The position numbers were made by a program, and so were the translations under genes. From positions 310,001 to 374,000 of the forward strand of contig NW_026851631.1 in assembly GCF_026571515.1 (NCBI RefSeq): a stretch of 64,000 bases of DNA, in the 5' to 3' direction. The notes below the pieces were generated by a model. The model saw nothing but the letters and a program-made list of their open reading frames with translations. It did no database searches and was not told the DNA's origin. Shown here one piece after another: positions 12,865 to 25,324 of the stretch. Every line of letters begins with the position of its first letter. Position 1 is the first letter of the stretch. Origin of the DNA: Ruditapes philippinarum (lineage: Eukaryota).

Positions 12865-14929
12865 ACACTACAATTTCACGCTTAGCTGAATTCCTTTCAT
12901 TTGTAAATTTGTAAATAGTGCCGTCAATGTAAAATCGCTTTTCATGTGCAGTTTTTCCAATTTTCCAAACAGAATTAAAATAACCAGCAATAACAGTCCG
13001 CAGTCGGATGTTTATTAATTAACTTGTTTTGACAGACTATGAATCCTACGGTTCTCCCCATAGTCTGTGTCAATTTTGTTAGTATTGTAACATGATTAAT
13101 TTATATAATGGTATTCAAAACCATGCCTGGTTATATATCTGACACGTATTTTCTGACTTGTATTTTGGATAATGGCTGTTCTGTTTTGACTATTGTACTC
13201 ATAAATTGGTGTAAACAGTGGTTAGCATTAAATGCAACAATATCCAAATTAACTAGACATGCACATATGTTCTACGATGATAAAATTGTTTGTATTTATG
13301 ACTTTTTACATACTATTATCTGTATGCCTTTTTATAGTGTGTATTTTTGCATATTGTGTCGATTGAATAATAAATGTTTAGTTGAATAAAAATTAATATT
13401 ATATTGATGGCAACTAACTAGATCTGGAAACAAACATTGTTTTTTGATAACCCATTGCACAAATGCTGTTAAGGCTATCTACATTCTATTCAACTAAAAC
13501 ATCAGCTTATCTCCAATTTCATTACTTTTATTTTAATTTGTTTTATACACTTTTACGTTTAAATGCTTATGATTTTCGACCTTGGTATTGTAACCTTGTA
13601 AATATCTGGTAAAAGGTGATCCCTCGGAAGCAATAAAGTGGAAAATTGCAGACTCGGTTTTATTGAGTATGTACACATACCAGTATGGCATGCACGAATG
13701 TAAACCTAAACGACATTGTAAGATATTAACAATACAAAACAACTTTTGTTACATCATCATAAACTCGAAGGTAGGGATGTCACGCCCAAATAATCGTGTT
13801 TAACATTTAACCGACCGTACTAATAAAATCCTTTAACTTTATACATAAACTTTGATTCTTCATGACAAGGTCAAAATTATTAAACAACATATCCGAATTG
13901 GGAGTAACCATTTTCCGCCAAGGTCGTATCGTGCCCGATCAGATCGGAAAAAAATACATTGTTTAGTCATATCTTTTTTATAAAAACTCTTGAATCAATT
14001 TTAAACTGTTCCACCTCTTTGTCAATTACTAACCTCGGTTATCTGTTATTGAATTTTCTAACATGTATTTAGCTAAAAATTGACCGTTCCCATTTAAAAG
14101 GATAAACGTGACTACCATACTTGCGCAGGGTAAACGTAACATATTATCATCGTGCCAGGGGAAGCAACTGCTTTCTTTTAACAAGTCATTGTGCTTATTA
14201 GTTTTCATTGTTAGTGTCCCTTTTTGAAAATACTTAAATTATTACAAGGAGAGTTAAAGCAAGTAAAAGGTATTTGTGTTTTATGCATCAATAGTTTGAC
14301 ATTCTACTGATGAATAGTTATTATTGTTTCATAATATGAATTAGGCACATCCTCCAATCGAGCTCTTTGAAAAGACATTATAGATCGAATACATATCACT
14401 TTTATGGCCATATTTGTTAAACCCTTCGGCTGCTGCAAACTTTTTAATACACATTTTATGATAACAATATACTTCGAACCGCACACTTTAGGCCGAACAA
14501 TTCACTCAACTCTACCATACACTTTTTCTTTCGAAATACAACTATTTCACGCTTTATATGATATATTTAAATTCAATCAGCCTGTCATAAAGCACAAAGT
14601 CATTTTAAATCCAATTTACGGATTAATAATTCCACTTCGTGAAAAAGATATCGTGAAACGGGAATCTACTGGAAGTTGATATTGTCATGGCGTCTATTTC
14701 TATATTTTCTTTATTCTATTGACACGTTGTGTATAAAGTTTATTATTTTGACCCTCTGGGCCTGCTGTTCGAATTCGCTTTTACTTACTACATTTTTTTT
14801 TCAATAACAATATGGGTAAATATCAATACTCCTATATGCTAAGCAACTATAACTTTGTTTCCAGATTTTTAGGTCTTTTCTCTGTTCTTCACTGGTAACT
14901 GAACAAAAAAAAAATTTAAAACTCTGCTG

Positions 14930-17669
14930 AGTTAAACCTTTTCATTACACATTACACATTTCGGTGACGTGCATACCAATACAAGATCTGAATCAATAAC
15001 ATCCGTGTTTGACATTTTGCCAATATTTTAAGTGCTGTTCATTACAATGTGTAGAACTTCCTAAGCAAACAAGATATTCTTCTCACTGAGCTATCAAATA
15101 TCGACATTATTACTTTCATCGAAACATGGTAAAGCCCAGACATTAATTCTTCAACTTAACATTTCAGAAACTGTTCATCACTACACAGAACAGACAGAAT
15201 CACTGATACTTAGGGTGGAATTCTTTTCTACGTAAATGATAACATACATGTAACTATTAGATTCGATCTAGGGATAACCAATACAGCAGTATTGGAATTG
15301 AAATTAAACTTCAACACAAAAATATTCTCCTTGGTACCACGCCAATTACTCTTAAATTTTGAAAACTCAATTAGATTTGCTGAAAATACTAATATTAATG
15401 ATTATATTTCGCTCGTCAATTTAAATATAACTATCTAGTTCTTATATTTAGTATATCAATTGAATTTGTCCGGCGACATTGAGACCAACCTAGGTTAATC
15501 ATGAAGATGGTTTATTTATACTTTATCAAATTATTCGGAGCATAAGAAACAAATTTGATTTTATAAATGATAATTATATCTATTAGGTATGCATATTTTG
15601 TGTTTTACGAAGTCCAAACTTGACGTACATGTAAAAGATAGTAATTTAAAATTAACAGGTTTTGATTTTATTTTGAGAGAGAAAATATATCTAGTCATTG
15701 CGGCGGAATTGAAGTTTATGTGTCTGCATTATTATGACCTAAACGACTTTTTAGTTCAGAAAATGTATTTCTTAAATCAGATTGGATAATGACAAAAACT
15801 GGCGTTTCTTTTATGAAAAAATTATATACCTCCACACTACATCGTCGCATTTTGGGACAAAGTGAATTGATGTTTAGAAATAGCTCTTGAACTAAAACAG
15901 AATATAATTGCGATCGGTGATATAAATGAAGACGTATCAATTTTTCCAATCATACATTCCTTGATATCCTTTTACTAAATAATATGACTAATTTTATAAA
16001 TGCACCAACTCGAATAACATCTGCTTCTCAGACATGTCTTGATCCTATCGCAGTTACAAACAATATTTTTGTTTTTGATTCGGGTATATTTGAAACACCA
16101 AATAAGATAGTGACCTTTTCAAATATATCTCTATATTCTAAAAATCGATTTTCATTCAAATAAACCATTATAACGACATGTTTAGACTACAAACAAGCTT
16201 AATAATGTTATGCGCTTCACTGAATGGCCAGGTATGAAAAATGAAAATATAGATCAAGCTTTTGACTTTATCTTAGAAAACAGTGTATTCCTACATATAT
16301 GACATTGATAAGGCCTAAAGAAAAACCCTGGCTCAAATCAGAAAATCGCGTCAAAGATGAAGACAGTTTCACAAAGCATTGAAATCTAATAGATCATTTG
16401 ACTGGGTGTTATATAAACAATTAAGAAAAACAATAAATAACATGTAAAAAAATATGCACAAGAAATAGTTATAATAATCTGAAATTCCCCCTTAAAGGGA
16501 TATTCAGGCTAAATAATGACAAAAAGTTAAAATGATCTTATGTACTCAAATCACGCTAAAATGACATTTCTTAAAGTTTCAGCATGTATTTCTGTTTAAA
16601 TTCTATATATTTTGGGTTTGAACACAATTTAAACGCCAATAGAATCACCGACTAGTTGATCAGTATTGAAGCATTTTTTGTTGTTTATAGCAATTTAACT
16701 GGTAACAGGAGGCTTTTCAATGAAACAGCAATATTCTCACGCGGTAAAAGGTTAATTCTTTGAATCCTCGTATATATTGCCATACAGTTGAAATGCTTGT
16801 CAATGAAAACTGCTTGTCAATGAAAACTCGAATAATGAAAGTAATCTAATAATATTCAATGACAGATTTTGAACAGGCAAATACGCTTTATGGATTATTT
16901 GTTACCATTTCAAACCTTAACAAATCTAAACCTAATTTTACAGATTTGTCTTTAAGAACACAAGCAACTCTTAAAATTTTACAATATGTGAACAGAAATA
17001 TACAGATATTCTGGCAAATCTATTGGTAACCAAAGCATCTGGGCCTGACAAAATTGGTAGGAACTTCTAAAACACTGTGTAAATCACTTTATTTTCTTTA
17101 TAACCGTTTATTGTCAGAGAAAATATAGCTTTAGAGTTCGACATAAGGACATTTAATGCCTCTTTTTTAAACAGGTGACATAGATAAATTACAGGCCTAT
17201 TTATTCTATAAGGAGTTGTAATGGCTAAGTAATATAACGTGTGGTTCTTAAACACGTGTTTAACTACATAAAAACTCGCTAATATTTCAAAATCAATCAG
17301 GTTTCTTATCAGTTTTTTCAAGTTATAGATTTGTATGATCAGATTTGTAAAGCTTCCGACAAGGGTTGTTTCATGTTATATATCTAAAACGTTAGGCATA
17401 AGGGTTTAATCTTCAAATTAAAACAGTACTGAATTTCAAGTAATTTTTACGTTACCTTTATGGCGGTGTCCCTCAAGGCTCGGTCTTTGGCATCTCTTGT
17501 TTTTAATATATTTACGTTAATGATAATGCTGATTCCCTTTTAAGTATAACATGACTTTCTGCAGATGTTAGTTCTTTAGCTATGTCTACAAATAATATCA
17601 GTACGATGGAAGATAAACTCAATCACGATCTTAACATCTTAAATAAATGCTATGAAAAATGTTAAGTTA
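14930..17669 (+). mobile_element. Decayed CR1/L2-group non-LTR retrotransposon ORF2 (two APE endonuclease modules + RT)
   Basis: Remnant motifs: GDVHTN, LSAVHYNV, DIITFIETW (APE1); LSGDIETNLG, IRSIRNKFDF, ILCFTKSKL, IGDIN, NAPTRIT (APE2); KASGPDKI, GVPQGSV, SAD (RT); riddled with stops; truncated by an insertion at ~17670. Confidence 0.8.
16492..16870. mobile_element. Non-LINE insert inside the LINE beginning TTAAAGGG (Kolobok-like fragment)
   Basis: LINE homology is interrupted; TTAAAGGGA start; shares sequence with 7750-7830; right boundary uncertain. Confidence 0.35.
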
Positions 17670-17800
17670 CTGTTTGTGTAGAAATATTCGCGAGCTTCTA
17701 ATTTTCGCGATCTTCGCGGTGACATTCGATTCGCGAACTCATGTTTAGGGCGAATATTTCTACTCCAATAATTTCTTAATAGTCAAATGTTCGCGCTTCC
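17670..17800. mobile_element. Terminus of a probable TA-inserting DNA transposon (TACTGT... with repeated TTCGCG)
   Basis: Abruptly interrupts the LINE RT at GTTA|CTGT; several TTCGCG subterminal motifs; matching other end not found. Confidence 0.5.
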
Positions 17801-19808
17801 ATAGCAAAAAGTATATTAGTGTGTAGGCTTTCAATACATACGATTTTATTAAAATGTGTAACGAGTAATTGTGCTTTGTTTCCACGTTTTTCATCATTTG
17901 AAACGTTTATGTTTGTGTTGTTTGTATTAATTGGTTAAAAAAAACTCATATAATACAAACATAAAAACATTATGTAGTCAGTATATATCTACTGCATATA
18001 TATACTGGTCTCATTTGGCCTCCCGTGCATCAAAAAAGTTTTTTCCACATCTTAAAAATTAATAATGATGATCACCATGTGCATTGGAAGTGATAAACGT
18101 ATATCATAACTAACATATACTATTTGATAGTGTATTAATCATAACATAGTATTTAATACCCTATCAATTCTTTCTCTACTTTTTAAGAACATTTATAAAT
18201 ATCAAGTTTTTAAAATACACTCCAATGAAAGACCTTTTTACCCCCGTTTTACCATCTATAAACAGCTGCTCATAGTGCCATTCATTTAAATACCAGACAA
18301 CCGTCTGCGTTTTAATCAGTTCCAATTATATCCAAAGAAATAGATTAATGCAATGTTTATTTTCGATTGTTTTTATAATTTAATATTTTCGTTTTACGTT
18401 AGAATTTATTCTTATTTTCTGTAATAGACGTACTTCCTTGAATGCACATTTTCACTCATCCTACAAATTCTGAAAACATATTTGAGAAACAATAAACTTA
18501 ACATGAAGAGAAAATACATTTAGTGCTTCCAAAAAATTATTAAGAGAAATGTTTTTAAAAATACTTATATTTAATACGACCAAAAATGTTGTACAAATAT
18601 ACTTTATATATGCAAAGTTAAAGTTTTTCCTTCAAAAAATAGTTATGTACTATTACTACTTTTTGTACTATCAAGGGTTTTTACAAATGAGGTGCTTTTA
18701 TTTAAAAAGCACAACACACTTAACCCTATCATGCAAAATATCTTCTTCATCTTTCAATATGGACAAAAGCAAATATCATTTGTAGGGAAACTTTTCACTC
18801 ATGAAAAATGAAAAATGCAGATGGCACGGTCGCATGGGGACACGCAGTAGACACCAGCAGGCTAACGGTAAAACCATTATAATGTTTAGATTTAAAATGT
18901 TACTTCAAAAATTGTGTTTTTATTTCTAGACAAAAAATAGTATGCTTTAATATGTAACCTTATCCGCACGCCCCCACCAGCCCTTCATAAGTCATCAATT
19001 GTTACCTTTTTTGGAAGTTTAATCATTACTAAGACTGCAGACAAAGTCTACAAATGTGATAGGCGCAGGCTCAGTTTAACTGAAATCCATTTAAAATATT
19101 GACCATATATATGGATAATAAAATTGGTACGAATAATGACACAAACAACGTACAATCTGTTTACAATCGGACTATTTTTATGGAAATAGATTGATATTAA
19201 TTTATCATCATTAAATTAAGTGCTCGAGAAATTGTTGACAGGTACTTAAAGTACAACAACATTTGTGTCACATTGCAATTACTGAGTAGAATAAATTTGT
19301 CAATTAACGAAATGTACAAAACAGCCGAAAATGAATAACTATTAGCGAAAATAAATCGTGTCCTAAACTCTGACATTTAATCATGTACTCTATTTTTGCC
19401 ATAATTAAGCCGTTCAATGAACTTTCAAGTTAAGTCTTCATTTAATATTTATGTATTATATAAATCCATATTTTATATATATATAGGGAATATTAAAATT
19501 GCGAATTAATTTATTTCGTTGTTATTTTAAAAATAGTAATGATAACAAAAACATTGGTAATTGTAGTTTTTCATTAAACAAAAAAAAATATTTAAATGCA
19601 GAATTTGAAAATAGAAATTTGTAATAATCACACAGAAGCGTATTCATTAAGTTTTTGAAACTGAAATATCTTTTACAGCACGTGTTCTTACAACATACAA
19701 TCTAGTGGCGTGCATATCTTTTTGAAATATTAAACATGTTTCGAACCCTTTAAACTATCACTAATTAGTGTGATTTACTCATCCAAGTCTTAATTTTCAT
19801 CGTGAAAG

Positions 19809-19854
19809 AGAGTGAGTGAGTGAGTGAGTGAGTGAGTGAGTGAGTGAGTGAGTG
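19809..19854. repeat. (GAGT)n microsatellite
   Basis: Directly visible. Confidence 0.95.
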
Positions 19855-21088
19855 TTTTATATATAATAAACTAACCATATACAAATATTTAGAATAAGAA
19901 ACAAAAGCACCCAGGCACATGTGCCTTTAAGTCACATTCAATATCCCGGTAGTTTCTATATATTAAATCCTCAAGCACTGGAGATATAAGTTATACATGT
20001 GTAATTTCTAATACATAGGCGACATGTCCATTTTTATTATACATGTATATTTAGGCTAGGCAAACACATAGTAGGTAATTTGTGACTTGTAAAATAAGGA
20101 ATATGTTGCTACGAGTGTAGTTAACGTTCCCTGTGCATAAAAAAACTGAAACAAGATATTTTTTTCGGTTTCATTTTTACTTCATTAAAAATCATTTTAT
20201 CCTCTTCACTTTTATTGATATTAAAATGGCGTATACAATGCGTCACGCTTTCTGATTTATTTGTTTACCGTCGGACAGTCAAGATTAAATCATGAATTGT
20301 AACTGTGCTGGCTTTAAAATTTTAAGATTTTCTTAATGAAGAAAAACAAAAAAAAAAACCACAAAGAGATAACTTGAATGGTGTACATGATCTTAGTTCT
20401 GGGCTACTTTTTACACTTGTTCAATAAAGAGCTAGTACTTTTCATTCGCTATTTTTAATGCAACAGATTTTTATTTCAGTAAACTTGTTAGATGGCTCAA
20501 GCTTACATTTGCAATAAATAATTATTGGTAGTCATTGGTCGTGTATGGTCATTGTTATTTTATAGTAGCATGTCATAATTATCCAGCATCTGAAATTTCT
20601 CGGCAGACATCTGAAATCCCTTGCAACTTGTCTTGCTGCTTTATTTTGCTTTTATCTATTAAAATGTTGCCTGTGATAGATCAACTAAAATCAGTGTCTG
20701 ATGAAGGCATTATTAACCTAAGCGTTTTATCTCAGCAGCTTTAAATGTTTCAATATTCATCAATACTTAAATCAAATGTTAAGTCATGTGCAATAATTCC
20801 CCACGTAAGTTAGCTGAATAAACCTCAATGACCGGTTAAATCAAAATAACATAGATGAGAAAATCGGCACGATCATTTTATCGACATGACTCTAAATTCA
20901 CAATATATGATTGACGAATGTTCTTTCTCAGGGTCAAATCAACACACCTTTTATTAAATATTACTATTTTGTGCTATATTGCAGAAGTTGGGAGTTCTGG
21001 TTATTTATGACGCTTTAACCGCTTGAAATTTGAGACTGTATGTTGTTAGTATATTAAGTCTTTATCTTAAATGTGTTTAGTATCTATT

Positions 21089-21161
21089 TCCTGAATAGCT
21101 CAGTAGGTAGAGCGCAGGACTAATAATCTTGATTTCGTGGGTTCGATACCTACTCATTTCA
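21089..21161 (+). pseudogene. tRNA-like sequence (Ile-AAT-like anticodon), probably a pseudo-tRNA or TE-borne
   Basis: D arm TAGCTCAGTAGGTAGAGCG (A box), anticodon arm CAGGA-CTAATAA-TCTTG, T arm GTGGG-TTCGATA-CCTAC (B box); acceptor stem does not pair. Confidence 0.6.
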
Positions 21162-22485
21162 CTAGCATTATTAATAATTTTGTTGTTTATTTGATGTTTA
21201 CATAATTTTTCATGTTCAACAGAGAGTTCTTTTCATTTTCATTCTGGGATATTCTTTCTCTTAGTAATTCAGTATTCTAGTTCATTTGAGTTGTGGGCAA
21301 TTGAATATGAACTATGAGTTAAACTTCAGGACATTTGTTCAATTTGAATCGTTCATAATTGTGAGTTAAATTTTACTTTCATATTTTTTTTGTATTTTCG
21401 TAAATAACTGGTTTTTTTTCTTTAATTAAAACTTGTAAAATTAGTTGCTGCGTTATCTTCACTGTTGTGTTTAGCTCGTAACAATGTTATTTAAACTATT
21501 TAACGTATGGCGTGACAGGCTTTAAGGATTATCTTAAATGGCTTGAATTGAAACCATTTCCTGATAAAGGAAGCAAATATATTACTGAATTTATACCAAT
21601 TAACAAAATTAATTATAAGAACGACTTTTATATCTTCATCTTTAGAAATTCACTCTATTTTATTATATACTTATATAGGAAATATTAGGAAATGAAATAA
21701 AATGCGTATTTTTATTCCGTACTTTCACTGTAAATTTTTTTTTCCACTGCACTAAAGCATATTTTCCGTATTTTGACTGGTGTCTTGCCGGACTACTTTC
21801 TTCTATATTCATATCAACTAAATGATATACAATAAGAAAGAACGAAATCGATTGTATAACTATTTGATAATCTAAAGAAACATTTTTTAATAAAAAAACA
21901 AAAACTTTCTGTCCTAATCAGTTGTATGCTTCAAAATCAGAATTATGAGTTTCTTCTGCATAATGTCACAAGAAAACAATATGGAATTGGAAATTAAAAT
22001 AGACAAAGATACAGATGAGTTTTAGAAAATGATTAATTACATTTGATTTAGGCAGCCATGGACATACAGCAGGATGACATGTCAGTACAAGAAAGTGAAG
22101 GATGAACCCACAATACTGAGCAGAACATTAAATTGCTGCAGAAGTTATTGAACTTTGTGGGTTAGAATAGGCCCTGCTGAGGAGTTATCTACACATGTGA
22201 GTAACTTTATCTTATAACATTAGGAAAAAGCATGGACAGGAATACAACCCAAACTCTTCTGTCTTTTGAAAGTTTGTTGGAATCATAAGCAACATATTCT
22301 TTAAATTAATTTGCCATACATAATTCTTCATAAAATGTGACGTATTTTGTCAAACTGTTTAAAGAGCTACATACATTATACTAGCAGATGACTACTGCCG
22401 CGTGTTCAGAATCAGTTGTCGCACCTTTGTAGATTAAGTAAGATCAACTCTTCGGCTATCAATAAAGCTTGAAATTATCCGCTAC

Positions 22486-22672
22486 AATTGGCATTATGCG
22501 AAATCTTGTATTTTAATAATGCTTTTTATAAGAGGGGAGATACTCATGTCTTATTATAATGTTCATTGGGTTATACTAGTTTCCTCCCTTTTTGAAGCCT
22601 CTTGAAAGGGTAAAAGCTTTTCCTATTTGTTCGAGTATTTTCAATCATAATGTTTAATTTAAACGATCAAAA
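22486..22672 (+). repeat. 5' terminal direct repeat (A1) of the YR retrotransposon
   Basis: 187 bp; 3 substitutions seen versus 28798-28984. Confidence 0.95.
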
Positions 22673-23135
22673 TATTGTAAGTTTGTGTTATTATGTTATA
22701 CGAATATACTATTCATATTGACATGCTATTGAAATAGTTTATTTGCATGTGAAAATGCTGAAAATTTAATTTTTATTTTTCATCGTTAGAGCACATGTTC
22801 CAAAATGGAAAAAAAAATGGCTGCCAAAAAAAAAAAAAAAAAAAAAAAAAAGATCGTAATATAACACCAATATGCTTTAGCCGATAGAAGGGTAATGCAC
22901 AGGAAAATTAAATTTATCATGGAATGATTAATTATGCAATTCGCACACCTGAATATGGGATAGGCCTAAATGAAATTGCATGTAGTTGATGCACTGAAGA
23001 CGATATGTCTTAATACCGGATATGAGTCATATCCGCGGATATGACTTTAAATAATTGATATGACTTATATTTAACACCGAATGTTAGTATAAATTATAAA
23101 TTGCATGTTTTTATTATTATTTATTTAATTTTTGT

Positions 23136-23372
23136 TGCATATATTTGTATGATAATTCCGATTTCCGGAGTTATAAATATATGCACTAATGTTTGACTTG
23201 CCAATACGCCATATGGGCGCGCAGTCAAAAAATTTTTTTTTGTGCCAATGGGCCTTTATATTATGCCACATGGGCTTTTGTATGCATATATTTGTATGAT
23301 ACTTCCGACTTCCGGAGTTATAAATATATGCACTAATGTTTGACTAGCCAATACGCCATATGGGCGCGCAGT

Positions 23373-23415
<43 letters not shown>

Positions 23416-23778
23416 TGTGCCAAATGGGCCTTTTATATTATGCCAAATGGGCTTTTGTTATACATTATATTTGCATGATACTTTCGATTTCCAGAGTTAT
23501 AAATATAAGCCCTAATGTTTGACTTACCAATACGCCATATGGGCGCGCAGTCAAAAAATGTTTGTGCCAAATGGGCCTGTTCAGTATGCCAAATGGGTTT
23601 TTGTATGCATATATTTGCATGATATTTTCGATTTCCGGAATTATAAATATATGTTCTTATGTTTGACTTACCATTCGCCATATGGGCGTGCAAAATAATA
23701 ATAATAATTTGTGCCAAATGGGCCTTTTTAATAATGTGCGTGCAGTCAAAATTTGTTATAAATCCCAAATGGGGTTTT
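23136..23778 (+). repeat. Tandem array of 4 x ~146-bp units in the element leader
   Basis: Units start at ~23136, 23283, 23461 and 23606; each has TCCGA-TT-CCGGA, TTTGACT...CGCCATATGGGCG...AGTCAAA and GCCAAATGGGC-type motifs; unit 2 has an expanded poly(A). Confidence 0.92.
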
Positions 23779-24157
23779 TATCATTTTATTTATATATAGA
23801 TATTTATATATATAGATCTAAATATATTATTTGTATGAATCTATAAATTTGGAGTAAACAGTATAATTCTATTTCAAGATATATTTAAAATCACAAAACA
23901 AAAATGTTTTATGCCAAATGGGCATCAATTATAATAATCAATAAATTCTGTATGATTAATATAGTTACTTTAAAGTAAATTAATATGTATTTAATTTTGA
24001 CTCCATTAATGAGGTCCATTAATAATATTGTATGCCAAATGGGCTTCTATTCAGATTTATAATGTGTTATGCGTTGCGCACATTAAATGGAGGTTTTTAT
24101 AACATTTATTGAACTTGTAGTTATCATAACATTTATTTTGATTTCATAACTGCCAAT

Positions 24158-25324
24158 ATGCCACGTGGAAGAGGTGCCTCACGTCGTCGTGGAAATCTTA
24201 GGCAACAGGTTGATCATATGAGAAACCAGACCCGTTCACAATCTCACCCTAGGCATGTTTCACCTTCCCAACCAGAACCACAGCACAGGGCAAACTTACA
24301 TGACATGGTCAGCTTACAACAAGCACAAGATACCCCCACGTACCCTCAAGCTGTACCACAACACATGAATCAAATGCCAGTTTCATTAAATCAACCATCG
24401 GTTTCGACCATGCCACAGCAAATTCTACACCAGCAACAACAATTTATTCCTACAAGTACATTGTATCCTTCATCAGGAGCTCAGGCACAATACATGATGC
24501 AGTTTCCTGGTGCCCTGCAACCACAGTCACATCTACGCATTCAGCAACCTCCGGAACAACTGCAGTCTCAACTACCTATGGAGCAACAACTGCAACCTCA
24601 GCCACCCTTGGAACCTCAGCCATTATTTGAACCACACACATACGGTAACTTTAATTCTGTTTCTTCTGATATTTCTCTCCATGTTTCAGAAAATTTAAAA
24701 CAGAAAATTTATAATGGAGAATTTTTTGAACTTTCTCAACTTCTTTCAAGTAGCTCAAAAAAAGATCAAGAACTACATATTTCATTTAGTAACGATAAGA
24801 TTTCAGTTCTTCCAAAAAAATCTAACCAACAACAAGTTGTTTCAATAGAACAGTGGACAGACTGTTTTTTAACTTTTATGTACATTTACACAAACCGTCA
24901 CCCGGACCAAGCTAAGCAACTTTTGCATTATATGCACACAATTCGTATGGCATCTAAGAGACATAAGTCTGGGTGGTTAATATATGATGAGCAATTCAGG
25001 CTCCGTAAGTCGAAACATCCTTCTTCAAGTTGGGCAGTTATTGACATTGAATTATGGATGCTGTGTTTGACAGCACCAGTCAATCAAACTATTCAGCCAG
25101 TAACTTTGAAGCCTTGCTTTGAATTTAACAATTATTATAAAGGTTTTTGCCCAAAATTTAAATGCCCCTACCGACATAGATGTTTGAAATGTAAAGAATC
25201 TCATCCATCCATTAATTGTATAAAATCAGTTTCTGGAAATTTCAGGGAAGGACAAGCCAGTCCAAGAAGATTCGTTGCTCCACAGAGAACTGTGGGCTTT
25301 AGGCCAAACACCAGTAAACAATGA
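24158..25324 (+). CDS. ORF1 gag-like protein of the YR retrotransposon (Q/P-rich N-terminus, C-terminal Cys/His zinc finger)
   Basis: 388-aa ORF; LKQKIYNGEFFELSQLL, SIEQWTDCF..F, GWLIYDEQFR and CFEFN..C..C.YRH.C..C...H....C motifs typical of Ngaro/DIRS ORF1. Confidence 0.9.
   Translation: MPRGRGASRRRGNLRQQVDHMRNQTRSQSHPRHVSPSQPEPQHRANLHDMVSLQQAQDTPTYPQAVPQHMNQMPVSLNQPSVSTMPQQILHQQQQFIPTSTLYPSSGAQAQYMMQFPGALQPQSHLRIQQPPEQLQSQLPMEQQLQPQPPLEPQPLFEPHTYGNFNSVSSDISLHVSENLKQKIYNGEFFELSQLLSSSSKKDQELHISFSNDKISVLPKKSNQQQVVSIEQWTDCFLTFMYIYTNRHPDQAKQLLHYMHTIRMASKRHKSGWLIYDEQFRLRKSKHPSSSWAVIDIELWMLCLTAPVNQTIQPVTLKPCFEFNNYYKGFCPKFKCPYRHRCLKCKESHPSINCIKSVSGNFREGQASPRRFVAPQRTVGFRPNTSKQ

Noticed and set aside
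22480-22490. LTR retrotransposon (Gypsy/BEL) interpretation of the 187-bp direct repeats
   Set aside because: No TG...CA termini, PBS, TSD, protease or DDE integrase
23136-23778. CRISPR-like array next to RT and recombinase genes
   Set aside because: Whole ~146-bp units are repeated with no unique spacers, there are no cas genes, and the context is a eukaryotic retrotransposon
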